From an uncultured Chloroflexia bacterium (GTDB lineage: Bacteria > Chloroflexota > UBA6077 > JACCZL01), in the NCBI GenBank assembly GCA_963765765.1, contig CAVXYC010000028.1, positions 146,613 through 210,612 on the forward strand: a stretch of DNA of 64,000 bases, in the 5' to 3' direction. The translations under genes were made by a program, and so were the position numbers. The notes under the pieces are model-generated. The model saw nothing but the letters and a program-made list of their open reading frames with translations. It was not told the DNA's origin and did not search any database. The stretch's first letter is position 1. Each line of letters begins with the position of its first letter. This document shows positions 1 through 9,541 of the stretch, piece after piece.

Positions 1-222
1 CTGCTCGTCGTAGCGCTCACGCTCGTCATCTTCTCGGTCCAGCTTCTCGGTCCGGTGTACCTGGTTGGCGCTGCAATTCTCGGGGCGTTGCTGCTCTACT
101 ATGCCTACAGGCTCTGGCGAGACGAGACATCCGATTCCGCCAGACGCATGTTCAAGTTCTCGATGCTTTACCTGACGCTCTTATTCACAGCCATGGTGAT
201 CGACCGTCAGGTCATTCTCTGA
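1..222 (+). CDS. ctaB: Protoheme IX farnesyltransferase (heme o synthase), C-terminal part, truncated by the window edge
   Basis: Frame 1 reads ...LGPVYLVGAAILGALLLYYAYRLWRDETSDSARRMFKFSMLYLTLLFTAMVIDR..*, the typical CtaB/CyoE C-terminus; TGA at 220-222; SCO gene downstream. Confidence 0.85.
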   Translation: MLVVALTLVIFSVQLLGPVYLVGAAILGALLLYYAYRLWRDETSDSARRMFKFSMLYLTLLFTAMVIDRQVIL

Positions 223-249
223 CGCGACGCGTCCCGAAGGGTTGAAACG

Positions 250-573
250 ATGGTGCTAAACGCCAAGGCCATGGAGTGGGCGGGTGGATTTGGAATCGAC
301 TCGGCGAAGCTAAAGAGCGCCAAGGTCAAGATCTTTGGGAAGTGGTATTTTCCTGATATCCCAGCAAATCAGCCTCTGATCAACCTCCAGACTGGTGACG
401 TGGAAACGTTCCCCAGTGGACTGCGAGCAGGGACGGTCCTATACGTGCTGGAGGATGAGCTCAAGCGGGCCAAGCTCGGTCCGTACGCTGAGCCGGCACC
501 CGCAACCGCTGTTGAGACCGTTCCCGCAAAGGCCGACGTGCCGAAGGAAGCCGCGCCCAAGGAAGCCGAATAG
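250..573 (+). CDS. Hypothetical protein (107 aa) with a Pro/Ala/Lys/Glu-rich tail
   Basis: ATG ORF that fills the gap between ctaB and SCO; AAGG upstream; no family recognised. Confidence 0.65.
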   Translation: MVLNAKAMEWAGGFGIDSAKLKSAKVKIFGKWYFPDIPANQPLINLQTGDVETFPSGLRAGTVLYVLEDELKRAKLGPYAEPAPATAVETVPAKADVPKEAAPKEAE

Positions 574-605
574 CGCGTCCTGCGCCCGCCATTCAGGCCA
601 ACCAG

Positions 606-1235
606 ATGTCCATGCTCACCTCGTATCGCCCTGCCCGGCTTCGGGCTAGACAACTCATTGCGGCGCTTGCGATCCTCGTGTCGCTTTGTCTCGCCTGTAA
701 GCCAGAACCCGAGATCCCGAACTACTGGCCCGCTCCAAACTTTAGCTTGACTGACCAGAACGGCGCACCGTTCACTCGAGCTGATATCGCCGGGCGTGTT
801 GCCCTAGTGAACTTTATCTACACGAACTGCGCAGACACCTGCCCGATTCTTACGTCAACCATGCGAGCGATTCAGGAGCGGCTCACCAGCGACAACTTGC
901 TCCCAGCGAAAGTCTTGCTGCTCTCTATGACCGTGGACCCCGAACGTGATTCGCCGGCCGTGCTAAGGCAGTACGGCGAAAATGTAGGGGCACATCGCGA
1001 AGGATGGAAGTTCCTCACAGGCGAGCGTGCGGTCCTCGAAGAGACCCTGATCCAGGGATTCAAACTCCCGTTCCGAGGACCAACACCGGCCGGACCACTC
1101 AAGCCAGGCTTCGAGATCACTCACACCAACCGAGTGATTGCAATAGATCGCGATGGAAATGTGCGAGGTCTCCTCAACGGTGAGGAGATGGACGTGGACC
1201 AGACAATCCGTCTGCTCAAGCGCCTGGTGGCGTAG
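606..1235 (+). CDS. SCO1/SenC copper chaperone, probable lipoprotein
   Basis: CxxxC motif (FIYTNCADTCP), VDPERD motif, conserved His (ITHT), LAC lipobox. Confidence 0.93.
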   Translation: MSMLTSYRPARLRARQLIAALAILVSLCLACKPEPEIPNYWPAPNFSLTDQNGAPFTRADIAGRVALVNFIYTNCADTCPILTSTMRAIQERLTSDNLLPAKVLLLSMTVDPERDSPAVLRQYGENVGAHREGWKFLTGERAVLEETLIQGFKLPFRGPTPAGPLKPGFEITHTNRVIAIDRDGNVRGLLNGEEMDVDQTIRLLKRLVA

Positions 1236-1358
1236 GCGGAGCGATCTCCACGATGTTCGACGACAATAGGTTGTAGCGCTCGTCGCCGGTGCCTGCCTTA
1301 ACCCTGCGGACTCATCCGCTGAAGAGGCGCTCAGACATTCGAACAGGGCATAAACCTA

Positions 1359-1408
1359 GCGGCTGGTGCCAACTCCTTGAGGGGATGCTGCCAGCCGCCT
1401 ACATTTTT
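1359..1408 (+). terminator. Intrinsic terminator-like hairpin between the convergent SCO and TRAP genes
   Basis: GCGGCTGG...CCAGCCGC stem followed by ctacattttt. Confidence 0.5.
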
Positions 1409-1425
1409 CACTTCCGGAGTGTCCT

Positions 1426-3448
1426 CTACCGAACGCCCTGCACTCCCACCACCACCGTGGAGTCCGGGGCAATACCGGTAGGTCTTGCGACCAGAGTCGC
1501 CCAGCCCAGTCGACTCGCAAAGAGGAGAAGCACGTAGAGCGCTCCTATGACGCTCAGCGCCACAGCGCGGACGTTAAAGTCCGGAATGATCAGGACAATG
1601 CTGCAAACGATGAGCACCACCTGGATGAGCCGTGCGGGGATTGTCTCACTGAGGGTTCCTACGCGCAGCATATAGCCTTGCATTGAGTAGGCAATGATGG
1701 TGATTCCAATGGTCACAATCACGAATTCCACCACGACCTGCATGAATGTGGACTCCTGTAAGACAAGCGCGGGGCTCAAAATCATGAAGAACGGCAGCAG
1801 ATACTTGATGGAAGCTAATCGCATAGCCTCCGCCATCGTCCTCATCGACCGGGCTTCCGGCAACCCCAGCGGCAGCGACGACGGAGATCGCCGTTGGCGG
1901 AGTCACGTCCGCGAGGTTCGCCCAGTAAAGCAGGAAAATGTGCACCGCCAGCGGATTCAGCCCCTGCCTGACGAGTGCCGGAGCAAGCATGATTCCGAGG
2001 AAGATGTATGCGGCGGATCCTGGTAACCCCGTGCCGAGTACAAACGAGATCAGAGCGCCCATGATGAGCATGATCGCCAGATTGCCCTCGGAGAGGTGCA
2101 CGAGATCACTTGTGATTGAGGCAGCGGTGCCAGTTACGAAGAGGGAGCCGACAAGCATGCCGACCGCGGCGAGCAGTGGCACAAGGCCGGCGAGTAGCCT
2201 GCCTGCCGCCGCGAAGAAGGCGCCAGCTTTCTGCCAGTTCCAGCGTGTCTGCTTACGGAATTGCGTGATGACAATGAGAATAGCGGCAGTGAACCAGGGG
2301 GCCTGCGCTTCACGCTTCATGCCGATCAAGAGGACCACAAGTAACGTGAGCGCAAAGATGTAGGGAATGCCGAAGCGTAGCGTAGGACCGATGCTGGGCA
2401 ATTCGCTCCGGTCAAGCCCCCTCATTCCTCGCTTCGCTGAATAGCTATCAATTTGAACGAACATGCTGTAGTAGAAAAGCACAGCAGGAATTGCAGCCCC
2501 TACCGCAACAGTTGAGTACGGTATCCCCAGGAAGATCGCCATCAGAAAGGCTGTCGCGCCCATCACCGGCGGAGTCATGGCCCCATGCGAGGCGGCGTTT
2601 GCTTCGACGGCCGCCGCCACTTCTGGTGTAAACCCCGTCCTCTTCATGGCCGGGATAGTGATCGTGCCAGTAGAAAGCACATTGCTCACGCCGCTGCCGC
2701 TGAGCATGCCATAGAGTCCGCTGGCGCAGATCGCCACCTTAGCTGAACCGCCGCGAACGTGCCCCAGTAGACCCATACAGATATCAGTGAAGAAGGTGCC
2801 CGCGCCCGTCATGAAGAGCGCGAGGCCAAACACCGTGAAACCAATAAGCAGGCCACCCACAACCTGTGTTGTCTGCCCCATGATGGACTGCGGACTGAAT
2901 GCGTGATAGCGAATGGTGTTCTCAAAGGAGACGCCCAGACCTCGTATCGGTCCCGGCAGCACCCCTGCAACGAGCGGATACGCGGCACATGCGCCCACGA
3001 TTAGCGCGAACGAGATCCCGTTTGTTCGCCGCACCGACTCCAGAATGAGCAATACGAGAATGCCCCCAGCAATCGTGGCCGGGGCGGGCGAACGGAACTC
3101 CCAGCCGTTCTGATTCATGAATGGCGCGTTGTAGCCAAAGTAGAAAGTGATGCCGAGCGTTAAGAGCGCCAACACCACGTCGTACCACTGCACCCTATCC
3201 GCGTGCCTGGCGGTTGCGGGAAACATCAAGAATCCCATGGCCGTGAAGATGCCAACCAGCACGTAGAGGTAAGTGAACTCCCATACCAGGGCAGTCAACG
3301 GGATTGTCAACCCACCGATTGAGACCTCGACGGGCTGGAAGATGTTGTTGAGGGCGAGCAGTAGTCCGATCACGGTGCCGATGATGACCATGACGTACCA
3401 AACGCCCGTGAGCGGTCGATGGAGCTCAGATTCTTCGTTGGCGATCAT
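1426..3448 (-). CDS. TRAP transporter fused 4TM/12TM permease (TAXI-associated), frameshifted near 1850
   Basis: GGSAKVA, SGSGVSN, TPPVMGATAFLMA and ADVTPP motifs; the C-terminal helices continue in ORF 1426..1863. Confidence 0.9.
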
Positions 3449-3569
3449 GAGCGCGAAGCCTCGATCTGGATTGACTGCTGCGAGAAGCCGGCAACTCCGC
3501 GCATGTGACGCACGGTGTTGCCGGCGAATACTCGTTGACGCCGCCTTGGGGAGAAGACGGGATTGACCA

Positions 3570-4945
3570 TTACTTCAGTCGCAACCAGAAGGGGTCTTCC
3601 CAGTATGGGTCCAAACCCGCGCTCTTGAGTGCGTCCACCCGCACCTTCATCCAAAAGCGCTCCCATTCGTCACCCTGAAGATCCTTGCCCTCTGGATCCT
3701 GACTGGCCTTGTCCCAGGCAGCCTTTAGCACAGGCTCCCGCTTGAGCAGATCCTGCTGTCGCTTCTCGGCCGCCTCACTCCACCAGCCCTTCTCCTTGAG
3801 GTACTTGATGGCGCCGTCATGAACGGGAGAATAAATGGCATCGAAACGAATTCGGTCCGGCCCAAATCCTTCCACGCCTGGGTAGGTGCCATTGAACTCG
3901 GGGAACGCTTCGTAGATCGCCTTGCTCATCGCGTACACGTATTCCGTGTCCTTACTTGCAAGTGTTGCGATCGTGGCGAAGTGTGGACCATTGCCAATGT
4001 GAGGGTTCTCTTCCGACACTGGTGGCGCGCCAATTGTGGCTTTGTTGACGTTGGCGGCCAGGGTTGACCTTCTTGAATCGCTCCCACATACCAGGGTCTT
4101 CTTCAGGCGTCTTCATGTAGACAGGGGTGTAGCCGCGCGGCGAGTTGGCCATCTCATAGACGAAGCCAGTGTTGGTGGCTGTCCACACACAATCGGCCTT
4201 GTCTTCCATGATTGCGCGTCCCGGCCCCGCCATAGCTCGGGATGTCCACACGCCTGACGTCGTCCCATGTGAGGTTGCCCGCCGCGAGCGTGGCCTCCAT
4301 GTTGAGATTGAATCCGAATGAATTGCTTACGTAGATCATGCGCTTGCCCTTGAGGTCTTGAGGCTCCTTGATCCCAAGATCGCCAGCGCAGCCCACGATC
4401 TGATTTGTCTTTGGCCAGTTCAGGGCCACGAGCCGAACAGGGACCGGCCCAGCCTCCTTGGCTGAGTAAAACGTGACTCCTTCGGTTGCGTAGATGCCGG
4501 GGTCGTTGCCGAAGTCCGCACGGCCGTCTCGATAGATCTGAAGGCGTCCCAGGTCCGTACCTGTGGGAATCAATCGGATGGTGTTCTTCTCCACACCGGA
4601 GACACCGTGGGCCACGGCCTGATGCTGGTTGTAGGTCGCTGAGCCGACATCCAGCGTGACCCAGTTTATGACGTCAGGAAGCTTGTAATTCTTGGCTGCT
4701 GCCGGAGCGGCCGCACTAGCTCCGCCCGCCGGCGCGGCTGCCGTGGTCTTACTGGCGTCGTTGCCCGCGCCGGGCGCGACTTTAGGTGCGGCCGCTGTGG
4801 GAGCACCCGAGCTCGCGCCTGACTTCGCGCCGGGCGCTTCTTTCTCACCACACGCCGCGACAAGCAACATCGCCGCAGTTGCAATGGAGGCCAATATCGC
4901 TGGGAATCGTACCGATGGTTCGAGCCGTAAGAAACGCCGTGTCAC
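3570..4945 (-). CDS. TAXI-family TRAP solute-binding lipoprotein, split by two frameshifts (about 4222 and 4060)
   Basis: Lipobox LVAAC, Ala/Pro linker, W-T-DVGS start of domain, IKEPQDLKGKR, C-terminal PVHDGAIKYLKEKGWW; spread over ORFs 4154..4945, 3952..4251 and 3570..4019. Confidence 0.88.
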
Positions 4946-5049
4946 ACGATCCTCCCGCTTACGTTGCCAACCCGGGCCCTGCCCGTATCTACATGGTCAT
5001 GACTAGAAAGAGCTGACTGAGTTTCTCCTGGGTGCACTGGAATTAAGTG

Positions 5050-5078
5050 ATGCTAGCCGCGTCAAAAAGGAGCGTCAA
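5050..5078 (-). promoter_or_regulatory. Sigma70-type promoter for the TAXI-TRAP operon
   Basis: Minus strand TTGACG-17 nt-TAGCAT. Confidence 0.6.
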
Positions 5079-5129
5079 CTAATTCCGACCCCTGATCTAG
5101 GTGGCGCAACGGATCGGGTACCGGGCGCC

Positions 5130-5183
5130 GCGGCAGCATATAAGAAGGGCCTCCAATTGGAGGCCCCTCTTATGTGCTGCCGC
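5130..5183. terminator. 54 bp near-perfect palindrome just downstream of the Rieske gene
   Basis: gcggcagcatataagaagggcctccaa/ttggaggcccctcttatgtgctgccgc; 27 bp arms with 2 mismatches. Confidence 0.65.
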
Positions 5184-5199
5184 AGTGTCTAGTGTTGGC

Positions 5200-6499
5200 T
5201 TATGCCGTGACTCCAACCGATTCGCGCTGATTGGCAAACGCTCGCGCTCGGATCTCGGTAAGCGCGTCATCCACAGTGGTCTCCGGCGGAAATGATAGTC
5301 GCGCACTCCGAATCCGGTATGCGCCCGGTTTCCACGGAGCTTCCGGTTCAACCCCGTCCATCAATGCCTTGGCCGCTTCAATGAGGCGGCGCCGAACTCG
5401 AATAATTCCCTCGTCGGAGCTTACGAGCTTTTCGAGTTGACGGTTCATCCGAGGGCCGCGCTGATCCTCGACCATCGCCAGGTCCTGGATTGGGAAGGGC
5501 CCAATGCCCGGTGTAGGAGATGTTCTTCTGCGCGATGCGGTCCACGAGGTAATCGTTGGACTTATTGGCCTTGGGTGTCCAGGTACCGGGAATGATCTCA
5601 GGATAGGTGTAGCCACCGTACTTGATCTCGTAGAGCTCTGAGTCCGGCAACGGCTTATCGCTCCAACGTAGACGGAAGTGGATTTCGTTCTCGTCATCGA
5701 TTGGGATGCGCATGTTGCTGGAGAACACTCCGGGCGAAGCAATGCCGGCCGTGCTGTACGTCGGCATCATGAAATGCGTGCAGCCGATGAATTGATTGCC
5801 GTCCGCCAGAACCGCTCTGGAGTATGTGATCAGGCCATATTCCGTGTCTTCCACCCCAACGTACCGTGGCATCTTGTCAAAGAATGAATCGCGCTGGAAG
5901 ACCTGCGTTGCTTTGTTGGAGCGATTGCCATCCAAAGTGGAGTGGAGGAAAGAGGCGTGACTTGGATCGAAGTCACCTTCCACAGCCTGGAAGTAATTGC
6001 AGTTGACTACGAACTTGCTGACATACCGATGGGTCTCGGGTAGGTCCAACCACTCGTACTCGACGAATGGAGGTCGCTTGTCTCCCGGCCCCATGTATGC
6101 CCAGATGAGCCCTGCTTTGTCGACACACGGATACGCCTGGATGGTTACCCGATCACGGAACTCATCGCCTTCGGGCACATTTGGAAGCTCGACACACTGA
6201 CCGGAAACGTCAAACTTCCAGCCATGATAGACGCAGCGGATTCCGCCATCCTCATTGCGACCAAAGAACATGGGCGCACCACGATGGGGACAATACGCTT
6301 CGATAAGGCCAGGAGCTCCGCTTGAATCCCGGAACGCGACCAGATCTTCGCCCAGGATTCGTACGCGTATGGGAGGACAATCCGGCGCAGGTATCTCGTG
6401 CGAGAGCAATACTGGTATCCAGAATCGGCGAAACAGCTCGCCCATGGGAGATCCAGGCCCAACGTGCGTCAGTATCTCGTTGTCTTCGTGGCTGAGCAT
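5200..6499 (-). CDS. Rieske non-heme iron oxygenase alpha subunit (phthalate 4,5-dioxygenase-like), frameshift near 5508
   Basis: CPH...CVYHGW Rieske ligands; DPSHASFLH mononuclear Fe motif; the C-terminus (QDLAMVE...EKLVSSDEGIIRVRRRL) lies in ORF 5200..5742. Confidence 0.92.
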
Positions 6500-6554
6500 C
6501 GAAGCATCCTCCAGGTGATGCTTCGATGCTAGCCGCGCGTCGTTGGGATATCAA
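6495..6554 (-). promoter_or_regulatory. Promoter of the Rieske gene with an overlapping 14 bp inverted repeat
   Basis: TTGATA(6554-6549)-17 nt-TAGCAT(6531-6526); perfect IR agcatcgaagcatc-8 nt-gatgcttcgatgct at 6495-6530. Confidence 0.6.
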
Positions 6555-6573
6555 GCATTGCAAATGTGGCCGT

Positions 6574-6996
6574 TCAGGCGAGATGGAGCATCAAAAAGAT
6601 GATCCAGCCGGTGACCACCACGTAACCCCAGATCGGGGCCGCGATGCGCGCCAGTGGGCGGTGGCGGTCGAATCGTCCACGAAACGCGTAATACAGTACG
6701 ACCAGCACAAATGGTCCCAGAATGGTAGCGAGGATCGTGTGGCTCACGAGGATGATTAAATAGATCACCCGAACCGCGCCCTCACCCGCGAAGATCTTCG
6801 GCTCAAAGAGAATGTAGCGGATGACATAGACTATGAGGAAGAGCGCCGCGAACACCGTTGCGGTAAGCATGCTGCGATGGTGCCGCTGTATCTCACGGCG
6901 CCTGATAAACATTAGGCCGCGAACCAGAAATACGCCGCTCAGAGCAATGAGAATTGCGTCAGCAAGCGGCATCCATTGAGCCATTAGCTCACGCAT
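6574..6996 (-). CDS. DUF420 family membrane protein (cytochrome oxidase assembly associated)
   Basis: HHRSML, FLIVY, ILVSHTILA and HRPLAR...W.YVVVTGW motifs; GAGGA RBS before the ATG at 6996. Confidence 0.88.
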   Translation of the reverse strand: MRELMAQWMPLADAILIALSGVFLVRGLMFIRRREIQRHHRSMLTATVFAALFLIVYVIRYILFEPKIFAGEGAVRVIYLIILVSHTILATILGPFVLVVLYYAFRGRFDRHRPLARIAAPIWGYVVVTGWIIFLMLHLA

Positions 6997-7993
6997 GCAG
7001 AGTAGTTCCTCAAACAGCTTGACTGCGACCACTGCGTTCGAACGCGGCGGGCACGGTCACATTCTATCCACCGAATCGCCGATTGCGATTCATGTCGAGC
7101 ACATCAACAAGGCATACGGCCAGCGCGTCGCCGTTGACGACATTTCGTTTGACGTGCGCTCGGGGAGCATATTCGCATTGCTGGGCCCGAATGGCGCGGG
7201 CAAGACCACGACCGTGGAGATCCTTGTGGGCTATCGCAAGCGGGATCGCGGCGAGGTGCGCATTCTGGGGCTGGATCCAGTTGATAACTCAGCAGAGCTG
7301 CGCCATCGCGTGGGGGTGATGCCCCAACAGGGCGGCGTCTACCCACAGCTGCGGCCAATGGAAGCATTGCGTCTTTTCGCAAGCTTCTACCGAAATCCCC
7401 GCGATCCAGTTGAGCTCATCCACGAGGTGGGACTGGATGACTCATTGAGCCAGCGCTATCGTTATCTCTCAGGGGGCCAGCAACAACGACTCTCACTTGC
7501 ACTCGCGCTTATAGGTCGTCCGGAGCTCGTCTTTCTCGATGAGCCAACCACGGGAATGGATCCACTGGCACGACGGGCCACCTGGGCAACGATCCGGGGG
7601 CTCCGCGATGCAGGAGTGACCGTGGTCATCACCACGCACCTGATGGACGAGGCTGAGCAGCTCGCGGACGATGTACTGATCGTCAATCGCGGTCGCGTCG
7701 TCGTTCGCGGAACACCGGACTCGCTCATGGCCGCGACCGGCGGAGCAGTACTGCGCTTTCGCACCAACGCCAAGTTGGACCTGTCGCGTCTCGGTGCCCG
7801 CGTGGGTCAGACGGTTCGCGCTTCAGAGCGGAATGGGTACGTGATCGAGACAGAACCCACTCCTGCCCTCGTCGCGGTGCTCACCAGTGCGCTTGAAGAG
7901 CAGCATGCACTCATCTCAGAGCTTCGAGTCGGAAACCCCTCACTCGAAGAAGCCTTTCTGGAACTCACAAGGGTAGAGACAGCGGTCGAGTGA
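6995..7993 (+). CDS. ABC transporter ATP-binding protein (DrrA-like); start uncertain
   Basis: Walker A GPNGAGKT, LSGGQ signature, FLDEP, H-loop TTH. Confidence 0.93.
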   Translation: MQSSSSNSLTATTAFERGGHGHILSTESPIAIHVEHINKAYGQRVAVDDISFDVRSGSIFALLGPNGAGKTTTVEILVGYRKRDRGEVRILGLDPVDNSAELRHRVGVMPQQGGVYPQLRPMEALRLFASFYRNPRDPVELIHEVGLDDSLSQRYRYLSGGQQQRLSLALALIGRPELVFLDEPTTGMDPLARRATWATIRGLRDAGVTVVITTHLMDEAEQLADDVLIVNRGRVVVRGTPDSLMAATGGAVLRFRTNAKLDLSRLGARVGQTVRASERNGYVIETEPTPALVAVLTSALEEQHALISELRVGNPSLEEAFLELTRVETAVE

Positions 7994-8730
7994 CAGCGCG
8001 ATCGACCCTATTTCAGGCAGTGCGCGCGCAGACGAGCATGGAGTTACGCCTCGCGCTACGGCGGGGCGAGAGTGTCCTCTTGACGCTCATTGTGCCACCG
8101 GTACTTCTCGCGTTTCTGGGCAGCGCAGGCACGCTCGGCGGCATCACCGAACGATCGTTGGACGCCCTGGTGCCGGGAATAACAACGCTCGCTGTCATCT
8201 CCAGCGCCATGGTAAGTCTTGGCATTGCCACGGCATTCGAACGCTACTACGGCGTTCTTAAACGACTCGGAAGCACACCGCTGCCTCGATCAGGGCTCAT
8301 TGCGGCCAAGATCACCGCCGTACTGATTCTTGAAGGACTGCAAATCAGCATTATCGCGGCGATCGCGGCGTTCTTCTTGCACTGGTATCCGCCTTACTCG
8401 TGGTGGGCAGCTATTCCGGCGGTCGTACTTGGCACGTGCTGCTTCGCCTCTCTTGGATTGCTAATGGCAGGGACGCTGCGAGCGGAAACGACCTTGGCGC
8501 TGGCCAATGGCCTGTATCTCTTGTTTCTATTAGCCGGAGGGCTGGTAGTGCCACTGGACGCACTTCCGGGATGGCTCCAACCGTTGGCCCCCTGGCTTCC
8601 CGCGTTTGCGATGGACGATCTGCTCGCCGATGCGCTGATCCATGGAACGATCAGCGACTCATTGCTTCCGCTGTTTGCCTGGTCCGCCGCTGCACTTGCC
8701 GCAACTGTGCGTTACTTTCGCTGGGACTGA
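7990..8730 (+). CDS. ABC-2 type permease
   Basis: Six hydrophobic segments, ER..GVLKRLGSTPL motif, FRWD C-terminus; GTGA overlap with the ATPase. Confidence 0.92.
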   Translation: MTARSTLFQAVRAQTSMELRLALRRGESVLLTLIVPPVLLAFLGSAGTLGGITERSLDALVPGITTLAVISSAMVSLGIATAFERYYGVLKRLGSTPLPRSGLIAAKITAVLILEGLQISIIAAIAAFFLHWYPPYSWWAAIPAVVLGTCCFASLGLLMAGTLRAETTLALANGLYLLFLLAGGLVVPLDALPGWLQPLAPWLPAFAMDDLLADALIHGTISDSLLPLFAWSAAALAATVRYFRWD

Positions 8731-8845
8731 AGCCATTTATTCATACGGACCGATACCATTCATCTCATTGCTGGAGCCACTGGCCGGTCCCGATAATAGC
8801 CCGGGCTCCAGATCGAATCTATCGAGCTCTTAGGCTCATTACAAA

Positions 8846-9541
8846 ATGAATCTTGTCCGCAATTCGAAACTCATCCAGAACCGCGTTCGCATTGCCAGCG
8901 CGGCTCACTTCGCGGCGCTGCTCTGCTTCGCCGGTGGTCTCTTTATCTCGCGTGATGAGGAGTACCTCTGGGTTGTCTACGCAACGATGCTCATTGGTCT
9001 CAGCCTGTATGCGGTTGGACAGCATCTCCTTCGCAGATGGGGTCCGCGCTACCGATTCGATGGTCTGCTCGTTCAGGCGCTGAAGGGTCTGGATAAACGT
9101 TACACACTTGGCGCATTCCTTCATCCGAACCTGCCTGATTACGTCGTGATTGGACCACAGGGTATCGTGCCTCTCATCGCCCGTCCACAGACTGGTTTGA
9201 TCACGTGTCGCTCAGACCAATGGTCAAGGGAGCCTGGGCGCTGGGGTTTCATAGGAAGTTTTTTTACGCCCGCGCTCAAGAATCCTACCCTTGATGCCCG
9301 ACGAGCAGCGGCACAAGTTCAGGCCTTCATGACCAAGCAGTTTGGAACCGAGGTCATGCAGGACGTACCAATTCTGCCTTCGATCGTCTTCGTCAATCCG
9401 AGGGCGCGCCTTCGAATCGATGGAAGCAGCGTCCCGGTTACATCGGCAAAGGAGCTCCGCACGCACCTGCGCAAGGGAAAGCCCGCGCTTTCTTCGCAGC
9501 AGACTCAAGCTATCGCGGACCTGTGGCAGTCGCTCGTATAG
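8846..9541 (+). CDS. Membrane-anchored NERD (nuclease-related) domain protein, degenerate active site
   Basis: Two N-terminal TM helices, LKGLD..Y, PDYVVIGPQG, KNP...ARR, IVFVNP; the usual E-x-K is replaced by LIAR. Confidence 0.7.
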   Translation: MNLVRNSKLIQNRVRIASAAHFAALLCFAGGLFISRDEEYLWVVYATMLIGLSLYAVGQHLLRRWGPRYRFDGLLVQALKGLDKRYTLGAFLHPNLPDYVVIGPQGIVPLIARPQTGLITCRSDQWSREPGRWGFIGSFFTPALKNPTLDARRAAAQVQAFMTKQFGTEVMQDVPILPSIVFVNPRARLRIDGSSVPVTSAKELRTHLRKGKPALSSQQTQAIADLWQSLV

